Source: an uncultured Prevotellaceae bacterium
GTDB lineage: Bacteria; Bacteroidota; Bacteroidia; Bacteroidales; Bacteroidaceae
NCBI GenBank assembly: GCA_947167455.1
Contig: CAMVIB010000013.1
Coordinates: 882-64,881 of the forward strand
Length of the DNA stretch: 64,000 bases
Direction: 5' to 3'
Shown here: positions 57,308-64,000 of the stretch, piece by piece
Numbering within the stretch: the stretch's first letter is position 1
Layout: the number at the start of each line of letters is the position of its first letter
Translations under genes and position numbers: made by a program
The notes under the pieces: generated by a model
Told to the model about the DNA's origin: nothing
What the model saw: the letters and a program-made list of their open reading frames with translations, nothing else
The model's database searches: none

Positions 57308-59032
57308 TCAAGACATCATGGCAATCCACTCCTTGGGCGTGGTGCCAGTAATCGCCTTGAAGGTCCTGTAGAAGGAGGTTTCGTTAGCGAAGCCTGCATC
57401 CATGCCGGCCGCGCCAATCTTCATGGCTGGGGACTGACGCAGTAGCGCTTTGGCATAATCCACACGCAAGATGTTGATGAACTGTGTGAATGTCTGTCCG
57501 GTCTCCATTTTTATGCTTTCGGAGACGGCGCGAGGTGTGAGGTTCAGCTGCGCCGCGACATCAGACACCTTCAAATCGCTTTGGCGGAAGAGTTTGTTGC
57601 TGCGGATGTATTCCGTGATGCTAGGGTCTGCCACGTCGGCCAATGCCTCCTGGGCGCTGCTGTCAGGCTCCTCGGCAGGTTTGCTCTGCAGTCTGGCTGA
57701 GGAACGTAGTCTGCGCACGACCCAAGCGGCAGCCAGCAGCAAGATGAAGATTCCAGCCAGAATAAAGAGTGATGAGTGAGAGGTGAGCCACGAGGATTGC
57801 GGGGCTGCTTCGCCCAAGGGCAAGAGGAGGACGGAGGCATACGGCACGAAATTGCCTTCAGCATTGCAACCTCCCGCAATGATGATATCGCCCGTGCTTG
57901 TCAGCGCCGGCTGCGAGATGACTACGTCGGGCATCGGCTGGCTCACGTACAATGTCATTGTCGCCTGCGCGCCCTGCAGGGAAGGTGCATAACTCACGGC
58001 AAGGGCATAGAAGCGGTTGCGGGCATCAATGCCGACGAGGTAGGCCCGCTTCGCCGCGCGGTCGGCTATCAGCTCGGCGAAGTAGTTGATGCTGTCGCCC
58101 TCGTAGGTCATCGGGATGGGCTGGCAGGTGGGCAGCAGCGCGAAGGCGGCGCTGTCGGCTGCCGGAGGCGTGGCCGGGAGGGCCGTGATGCGGGCTATGG
58201 CGAGATGCCCCGCGGAGTCCTCGACGGTAATGAGGTGCTGGTATGGCTCGGAGTCACCGCCGCCGATGCGGCAGTAGGCGCTGCGCCGCTGCACGTGGAC
58301 GTGGCGCGGGCGCCAGCTCCGGAACAGCGGTGGCACGAAGGGAGCACCCTCCATGCGATCCACGACGATGCTGTCCAGCTCGTGGGCGCATGTGTCGAGG
58401 CGGCTGAAGACGACCGCGTTGTGCGCCGAGATGGGCAGGACAATCGGCGTCGTGCGCTGTTGCGACGTGGAGCCGACGTGGCGGCACTGGCGCGTGCCGT
58501 CGAAGAGCTCTATGTCGTCGCGCTCATACCAGTTGCCGCTGATGACGACGTGGCCGCTGTCCAGCTCCGCAGCGTCTGCAAACACGCGCTTGCGGTCCAG
58601 GCAGCCGTAGCCCTCGAAAGCGCGGGCCACGGGGTCGTAGAGCTCCACGGTGAACGTCTGGCCTATGCCCAGAGGCTGCTGATGGCCGCCGGCAACGAGC
58701 ACCTTGCCGCTGGAGAGGGCGATGGCGAGGGCCTGGTCGTGGGTGTAGGTCGTGGGAAGGATGCGCCATTCGCGACCGTCCCATAGTTCAGCCGTAGGTG
58801 TTGGAACAAAGCCGCTGGTGTGGCCTCCGACGACGAGCACTTCACCACCAGCAAGCAAGGTGGCATGACCGAAACGTGGGATGTTGAGGTCGGGGAGGCG
58901 ATGTGCCTGGATTTCGCAATAGCGGAGAGTGGACTTGGCAGCGGAACTATCTTGCCCGGCACAAGGGGACGGGGCTGCGATGAGGGCAGCCATGAGAGCG
59001 GCGATGGCGAGGAGGGTCGGTCTGTAGTTCAT
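57308..59032 (-). CDS. Membrane-anchored one-component regulator: signal peptide, Kelch-like beta-propeller ectodomain, TM helix and cytoplasmic AraC-type HTH
   Basis: The start is ATG 59032 (MNYRPTLLAIAALMAALIAAPSPCAGQ). Kelch-like repeats are present (RFGHATLLAGGEVLVVGGH, ALSSGKVLVAGGH, DSGHVVISGN, STGDIIIAGG). The TM segment is LFILAGIFILLLAAAWVV. The C-terminal AraC HTH reads VSDVAAQLNLTPRAVSESIK...GFANETSFYRTFKAITGTTPKEW. Confidence 0.75.
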   Translation of the reverse strand: MNYRPTLLAIAALMAALIAAPSPCAGQDSSAAKSTLRYCEIQAHRLPDLNIPRFGHATLLAGGEVLVVGGHTSGFVPTPTAELWDGREWRILPTTYTHDQALAIALSSGKVLVAGGHQQPLGIGQTFTVELYDPVARAFEGYGCLDRKRVFADAAELDSGHVVISGNWYERDDIELFDGTRQCRHVGSTSQQRTTPIVLPISAHNAVVFSRLDTCAHELDSIVVDRMEGAPFVPPLFRSWRPRHVHVQRRSAYCRIGGGDSEPYQHLITVEDSAGHLAIARITALPATPPAADSAAFALLPTCQPIPMTYEGDSINYFAELIADRAAKRAYLVGIDARNRFYALAVSYAPSLQGAQATMTLYVSQPMPDVVISQPALTSTGDIIIAGGCNAEGNFVPYASVLLLPLGEAAPQSSWLTSHSSLFILAGIFILLLAAAWVVRRLRSSARLQSKPAEEPDSSAQEALADVADPSITEYIRSNKLFRQSDLKVSDVAAQLNLTPRAVSESIKMETGQTFTQFINILRVDYAKALLRQSPAMKIGAAGMDAGFANETSFYRTFKAITGTTPKEWIAMMS

Positions 59033-59053
59033 GTCGCGGATGGATTTGCGGGG

Positions 59054-59061
59054 CAAAGGTA
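59054..59061 (-). promoter_or_regulatory. -7 promoter box (TAccTTTG) for the Kelch/AraC gene
   Basis: CAAAGGTA on the plus strand lies 22 nt upstream of ATG 59032 and inside the longer track ORF. Confidence 0.55.
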
Positions 59062-59123
59062 AGGAAAAAGTTTAATGTGCAGGGGTAATATCAGCGTTTT
59101 TTTGCATCCGATGTCTGAAAACG

Positions 59124-59160
59124 CCGCCCCGCAGCGAGTGTGAAGGCTGCTGCGGGGCGG
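59124..59160 (-). terminator. Intrinsic terminator candidate for the 1386-aa gene
   Basis: CCGCCCCGCAGC (59124..59135) pairs with GCTGCGGGGCGG (59149..59160). On the minus strand it is followed by CGTTTTCAG. Confidence 0.6.
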
Positions 59161-59182
59161 GAACATTTTGCGGACGCCCTAT

Positions 59183-59253
59183 TGTAGGGACTTACTTTAA
59201 GTATGTCCGAAAAATCGTTGTTTGTGCGGACATACATAAAGTAAGTCCCTACA
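59183..59253. repeat. Long hairpin with a 27-bp stem and 1 mismatch
   Basis: TGTAGGGACTTACTTTAAGTATGTCCG (59183..59209) pairs with CGGACATACATAAAGTAAGTCCCTACA (59227..59253), with a 17-nt loop. Confidence 0.85.
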
Positions 59254-59304
59254 TATTGTCGAAAATCGCATCTCTGTGTCCTAATTTATTTGAAGTTGCA
59301 TAAG

Positions 59305-62300
59305 CTATTTCGTGTCTCGCTGCGGATGTCCGACAGGGAATCGATCTGTCCTGCTGGTTGAACGCGGGTCGAAGAGATAGACGCATATCTTGCTACGCGA
59401 GGTGTAATCGGACGTAATGTCAACAGCCTCATGTGTCTCCGAGTCAATCACCGTACGCTTTACGACCCATTTGAAGCTTGTGATGTAGCCGTTTTCGCCA
59501 TGTCCGTTTTCCACGATATCCCATCCTCCGTCGCCACTCCATGCAGTCTGATCGAACCAACCCTCATGATATGGATATGGCAGTCCGAGTCCACGGTTGG
59601 GCATGTTGTGTACCTGAAGCGACATACTCTCGCTGTAGCCCTCGCGCTCCATCTCGTAACGGAACGAACCGTTGATGACTTCCAGCCATCCCCGTCGGGT
59701 CACTGATGTGTCGCAGGGCTGGATGGTGACGTTGAAGCTGGCCGTTGTGCGGCCACCATTGTCGTCGGTGTAGTTGACGTCAACGCCGACGGTGTAGTCG
59801 GGACGCACGCTGTTGACAACTTCAAAGTTGCCGCCAGCATAACCGCGACCAACGACACCGGTGGTGTATGGGCGGTTGGAATAACCATTCCAACGTGCAT
59901 CTGGTTCTGCACTTTCTACGCCCACGCAGACACCCTCGAGCATGTGCCACGCGTTGCGGCCATTGTACTCATGCTGAGCCACGCTGATCGTACACTCCGC
60001 CCTGCGGCCGTAGCGGTTGGTGCCGGTGACAACGACATGGCCGTAGCGCATGGTGTCGGCGCGGTTGATGTCAGCATCGATGACGAGCTTGTCCTTGTCG
60101 TGGAAGTATGCGCTCAACCACGATGATTCGTCCGTGACACGGAGCTCGTCAACGTACACGTAGCCCAGTTCCACAGTGTCGCGCTCCACGGGATCGTAGT
60201 CCACGTATCGGCTATCATTTAAACTCCAGATGCGCGGTTCGGCGTTGGCAAGAGCTATTTGCGTGACTTTCACCTCCTGGTTGAAAATCTCAGTCTTGCT
60301 CATCTGCTTGGTGAGGAGAATGGTTGCCTCGCGGTCGTTCCACTCGTCGGGGTTGGGGTCGGCATCGAACTGCAGCCAGCCGTATGTCATGTCCTCATAG
60401 CCATTTTCCTTGAATCTTAGGTTCTTGATCCAAGAGCGGTTGGCAGTAATCTTCACGCCAGCACAGCTGCCTTGGTAATAGACCGAGCCATCGCCACCTG
60501 CGGGGCCAACCTGTGCCTCGGGTTTAATCATATTAAACGGCAGTTCGAGGTCGCCGCCGGCCTTCTGCGAGACGGGGAAGCGGAGGGTGTACTTGGTGGA
60601 GCCTTTGTAGCCGCTGATGGTAGCAGCACCCTCGCGAGCCCCGCCCTCGTTCTCGGAGACGCTGATTGTGAGGCGTGTGTCGCTGTCGGTCATGCCGATG
60701 CCCACCCAGTCGCAGACGGCGTCGATGCTGAGGTTCTTGAGCTTGGTGCTCTTGATGATGACGTCCTCGATGGTACCCCATGCGCCGACGTTCTTCAGTT
60801 CTGAGGGCTCGCAGACAATCCAGGCATCCTGCACTACGGTGATGCTGGTGCTCACTTCCGTCCCGGCGACATTGACCTTCAGAACAACCTCGCCCTCGCG
60901 GGTGCCGACGGTCCAGTTCTCATCGGCCACGACGGCAAGGTGCTGTCCGTCGAGTGTTGCGGTGTACCAGTCGTCCATGCACTCTATGGTTACGGGGAAG
61001 CCGCTGGACTTCAAGATGGCATCCTTGGTGCCGCCCTCGGGGGCGTACTCCATGCGGTGGGTTGAGAGCGAGAGCACGCCTTCCTGCAAGACTTCGATGA
61101 CGCAGGTGGCGGCAGTGCCGTCCTTGGAGCCGGTGAGGGTCACGCTGCCTCGACGTTCGTCCAAGGAGGGGTTGACATCGACGCTGACATTGACCTTGCC
61201 GCCGGCGATGGATGCGTGAATCCACGGGTCGCTCTTCTGCACGCTGGCATCGGAGCAGTTGGTGAGCAGGGCAACAGCCTTCTGCTCGCTCTTGGCCTCG
61301 AACTCCAAGTGTGTCGGGTCGGTGCTCAGGGCGGGCTCGTTGCTGCCAATGATGTTCTGCACCACGGGAACTTCAACGCTCTTGCTGAAGGTGCGATCCT
61401 CGTTGTAGCCCACGATGACGAGCGTCGCCGTGCGCTCTATCTCGCCCGACGGCAGCGGGGCGAAGCTTATGCCGCGCGTCTTGGCCCCATAGCTCTCGGT
61501 GTTGAAGGTGAGCCAATCGGCGTCGCAGGAGAGCTGGTACTCGTGGAGGTTGCAGTCTATGGTGAGCTGGCGCATACCACCGATCTTGTTGGCCACGAGA
61601 GGTGTGGGGGTGGCGGTGAGCGGGCTGTTGTCGATGGTGAACTCCACCTCGTCGTCGGGCACGTAGGGGATGTCCAACGAGGACAGACGTTTCAGGCGCG
61701 AGAGGGGGCGCAGACGGTAGCGTCCGCTCTTCTCGATGGTGAAGTCGTGAGTGACGGGTGCCGTGCCGTAGGGCAACAGCCAGCTGTAGTAGCGGCTCTC
61801 GTCGTACCATTTCTGCACGAGCTTGTCGTTCATATCATAGATGCCTAGTCCGATATGGGAGTCGAAGAGCACGTCGCGTTTTGGTCTGACGGTGGCGGTG
61901 ACGGTGGTGCTACTGCCCGCCTTGTGTGTGGCGGCCAGGTTCTCATACTCCGGCACGAGCCAGATGCTCTTGTTGCCCACGGCAAGGAAGGAGCCGTCGA
62001 GAAGAGTGATGTCGTACTTCTTCTTGCCGCCAGTGGCGAATCTGAAGAGATCCATGCTCTCGAGGCTGGCCTTGGCCTCCCAGTCCACAGAGCATAGCGA
62101 GAAGTCAATCTTCGACTCCTTCAGCAAGTTGTACCATCCCGGTCGGCGCATGGCCCAAGCGTCAAGGGTGAGGTTGCCGCTAATCTTTGGACCTATGTAG
62201 AAGTAAACACCGCAAGTAGCCTTGAAATATTTGCGTACTACCTGGTTAGTACCCAACTCAATGGGTACGTAGATACCAGCTTGCGCAAAACCGTTGAGCT

Positions 62301-63465
62301 CAGCCTGAAGGATAAAGCTGGGATCGTCGAAGTCGTAGCCGTCGCGGTTGCCCTTGACATGCACGACGGGCTTCTTGAACTCGAAGTCGCTGAACTCCAG
62401 CGTCTCCGTCAGCCGCGTAGCCTGAATGCCATAACCCACCTTGGCATGGAAGTGCGCCTCAGCGCGAAGCATGGTTTCGGGCATGACATTGACCTGGAAC
62501 ACGGGACACACAGCCGGGAAGCCGAGTTTGCCCGCAATCTTGTTGAAGATACCGGCAAAGGGCTGTGTGGCCGGAGGACCCCAGAGCTTGCCATCGAAAT
62601 CGATGGTGCCGCTATGCTCAAAGACCTCACTGAGCTCGGTCTTGAGGTAGAAACGCAGGAGAGACGGTCGTATGTCATAAACTCCCGTGGCCTTGATTCC
62701 TATGCCCAGATGGAAGTTTACACTGGCCGTGACATCGCCTTCATTGGTGTTCCAGCGGAAGGGAATATGCAGGTCCCAGGACTGACTTACGGGGTAACTG
62801 TCAATGCTAAATTCACTGTTAGCGTTGTGTCGAGATCTGTTCATGCCGGCTATGCGGTGGCGCATTTGGTGGGCTTCGCTCTCCTTGACATACTGCTCTA
62901 CGGTAATGAACTGGTCGAAGAGGTCGTCCAGACATTCCAGCGAATCGCAGAGCACCACGAGCTGACCGTCAGCGTCCTCGATGGCTCTGACCTTGCCGCC
63001 GAAGCCCTCGCCGCAGAGGTCGCCGTCGAAGCCCACGATGACATCGCCCACGGTGGGACGCTGGTCGGCGGGCATGTCGGCGGTGAAGGTGAGCTTCAGG
63101 CTATCCACGGCCGCGACGTAGCGCATGAGGCTGTCGGTTACGAGGTTCTTCAGCCGAGGGTTGAAGCGTATCTCTGGCTGCACGAAGCTCACCGAGTCGA
63201 TGGCAGTGAGCATGATGCGGTAGGTGCTGTCGGCTGTAACAATCTCCTGCGAGACGGGGAAGGCGAAGACGCGGCCGAGGGTATCTACGCACGAGTACTC
63301 TATGCTCTCGACCTCATCGTAGAAGAAGCCGTTGAAGTGGCCGTCGTTCTGGTAGATGTAAAAGGCCTCCTGCGCCCTGACGGGCGAAGAGTAAAGCGAA
63401 AAGAGGAATGTGAAAAATACCAGCGACTTCAGCCGTCTGCGTATGGCAAATAATATTGTTTTCAT
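59305..63465 (-). CDS. Very large secreted protein with at least four BACON-like Ig-fold repeats; the N- and C-terminal regions are unassigned
   Basis: The protein is 1386 aa with the signal peptide MKTILFAIRRRLKSLVFFTFLFSLYSSPVRAQ. The central repeats each carry a DxW(L/I/Y/V) core (SCDADWLTF, KSDPWIHAS, CMDDWYTAT, AVCDWVGIG) and end ...V(V/L/S)Q, as in BACON domains. It has no lipobox and no T9SS CTD. Confidence 0.7.
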   Translation of the reverse strand: MKTILFAIRRRLKSLVFFTFLFSLYSSPVRAQEAFYIYQNDGHFNGFFYDEVESIEYSCVDTLGRVFAFPVSQEIVTADSTYRIMLTAIDSVSFVQPEIRFNPRLKNLVTDSLMRYVAAVDSLKLTFTADMPADQRPTVGDVIVGFDGDLCGEGFGGKVRAIEDADGQLVVLCDSLECLDDLFDQFITVEQYVKESEAHQMRHRIAGMNRSRHNANSEFSIDSYPVSQSWDLHIPFRWNTNEGDVTASVNFHLGIGIKATGVYDIRPSLLRFYLKTELSEVFEHSGTIDFDGKLWGPPATQPFAGIFNKIAGKLGFPAVCPVFQVNVMPETMLRAEAHFHAKVGYGIQATRLTETLEFSDFEFKKPVVHVKGNRDGYDFDDPSFILQAELNGFAQAGIYVPIELGTNQVVRKYFKATCGVYFYIGPKISGNLTLDAWAMRRPGWYNLLKESKIDFSLCSVDWEAKASLESMDLFRFATGGKKKYDITLLDGSFLAVGNKSIWLVPEYENLAATHKAGSSTTVTATVRPKRDVLFDSHIGLGIYDMNDKLVQKWYDESRYYSWLLPYGTAPVTHDFTIEKSGRYRLRPLSRLKRLSSLDIPYVPDDEVEFTIDNSPLTATPTPLVANKIGGMRQLTIDCNLHEYQLSCDADWLTFNTESYGAKTRGISFAPLPSGEIERTATLVIVGYNEDRTFSKSVEVPVVQNIIGSNEPALSTDPTHLEFEAKSEQKAVALLTNCSDASVQKSDPWIHASIAGGKVNVSVDVNPSLDERRGSVTLTGSKDGTAATCVIEVLQEGVLSLSTHRMEYAPEGGTKDAILKSSGFPVTIECMDDWYTATLDGQHLAVVADENWTVGTREGEVVLKVNVAGTEVSTSITVVQDAWIVCEPSELKNVGAWGTIEDVIIKSTKLKNLSIDAVCDWVGIGMTDSDTRLTISVSENEGGAREGAATISGYKGSTKYTLRFPVSQKAGGDLELPFNMIKPEAQVGPAGGDGSVYYQGSCAGVKITANRSWIKNLRFKENGYEDMTYGWLQFDADPNPDEWNDREATILLTKQMSKTEIFNQEVKVTQIALANAEPRIWSLNDSRYVDYDPVERDTVELGYVYVDELRVTDESSWLSAYFHDKDKLVIDADINRADTMRYGHVVVTGTNRYGRRAECTISVAQHEYNGRNAWHMLEGVCVGVESAEPDARWNGYSNRPYTTGVVGRGYAGGNFEVVNSVRPDYTVGVDVNYTDDNGGRTTASFNVTIQPCDTSVTRRGWLEVINGSFRYEMEREGYSESMSLQVHNMPNRGLGLPYPYHEGWFDQTAWSGDGGWDIVENGHGENGYITSFKWVVKRTVIDSETHEAVDITSDYTSRSKICVYLFDPRSTSRTDRFPVGHPQRDTK

Positions 63466-63496
63466 AGAGCGAATATATTATTATGGTGAACACTCG

Positions 63497-63514
63497 CCTC
63501 TCCGCGCGGAGAGG
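63497..63514. repeat. 18-nt perfect palindrome between the two right-end genes
   Basis: The sequence is CCTCTCCGCGCGGAGAGG. It may act as a hairpin between the stop at 63529 and the start at 63465. Confidence 0.6.
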
Positions 63515-63528
63515 GGTCTGGGGTGAGG

Positions 63529-64000
63529 CTACTTCTTCAGCAGTTTGATGGTTTGGCGGGCGGCTTTCACGATATACACCCCTGTGGGGCGGTCGGCAAT
63601 GGAGATGGTGACGGGGGCGGAGGACGCACCGCTGCCCACGGAACCTGCAGGAGTCACCTTGGCAGAATGCAAGAGGATGCCAGCAGCATTATAGAGCTGC
63701 ACCTCGCTGCCATCGGGCAGGTTCTCGAAGGTCACGGCGTCGCCGTTGGGGCTGATGCGCACGTTCTGGCACACAGGCGCGCCCTCCACGCCGTCAATAA
63801 TGCCCTCGTAGGTATAGCGGAGCACGTCGCTGAGGGGGTAGGTCGCCGACGCACCGCTGTTGGTGGTGATGTTCAGCTGCGTGCCGACGAAGGTGGTTCG
63901 CGGCATCTTGTCGAGCTGGTAGGTCACTTTCTCGCCCGACTTCAGCCATACGACGAGGCGCTGCTGCGACGGGTCCTCCTGAGCCCATAACGATGATGGG
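63529..64000 (-). CDS. T9SS C-terminal-domain protein; its N-terminus runs off the right window edge
   Basis: The track lists 63529..63927 from a GTG. The frame stays open upstream to nt 64000 (..PSSLWAQEDPSQQRLVVWLKSGEK-VTYQLD..). The C-terminus, ...VTISIADRPTGVYIVKAARQTIKLLKK, is a typical T9SS CTD. Confidence 0.7.
   Translation of the reverse strand, partial: PSSLWAQEDPSQQRLVVWLKSGEKVTYQLDKMPRTTFVGTQLNITTNSGASATYPLSDVLRYTYEGIIDGVEGAPVCQNVRISPNGDAVTFENLPDGSEVQLYNAAGILLHSAKVTPAGSVGSGASSAPVTISIADRPTGVYIVKAARQTIKLLKK

Overview
This is a GC-rich Bacteroidota chromosomal window that looks Prevotella-like. The evidence for that placement is TAnnTTTG -7 promoter boxes upstream of many genes, T9SS C-terminal sorting domains, BACON-like repeats and many GTG/TTG starts. 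All product calls come from reading motifs in the translations. No homology search was possible.

I support 44 protein-coding genes, 2 gene fragments and one tRNA-Arg(CCT).

- Housekeeping genes: mutS, tyrS, metY-like, dusB-like, rpsO, rbfA, sufE, trkH, a Fur-family regulator, cobB, three tandem FKBP isomerases and an Lrp/AsnC regulator.
- Envelope and glycan genes: a divergent cassette of AsnB-like, TagD-like, LicD, acyltransferase-3 and GnT-I-like genes, plus DUF2723, a NodB-type deacetylase, YfhO and a GT11-like gene.
- Inositol-sphingolipid operon: inositol-3-phosphate synthase, a CDP-alcohol phosphatidyltransferase and a PAP2/IPC-synthase-like protein, tightly coupled to a lipocalin-like lipoprotein and a Wzi-like outer-membrane protein.
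- Secreted enzymes: GH31, a GH2 with discoidin domain and T9SS tail, an M16 peptidase, an M28 glutaminyl-cyclase-like protein and a C26-M19 fusion.
- Accessory right end: a 1386-aa BACON-repeat protein, a membrane-anchored Kelch/AraC regulator, a decayed LRR gene and T9SS cargo genes cut by both window edges.

The signals least explained by ordinary annotation are in the long non-coding spacers:

- A 30-nt conserved hairpin box occurs three times. Each copy follows locus-specific C-rich tandem repeats between co-directional genes.
- There are two MITE-like palindromic elements. One shares its 15-nt terminus with a site on the far side of the glycan cassette.
- There are Rpn-nuclease array remnants, a 39-bp tandem duplication at the 5' end of the IPC-synthase-like gene, and several unusually long near-perfect hairpins.

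I found no CRISPR array, rRNA, integrase or transposase, apart from the Rpn-type putative nuclease. The many long ORFs antisense to real genes are GC-driven artefacts.
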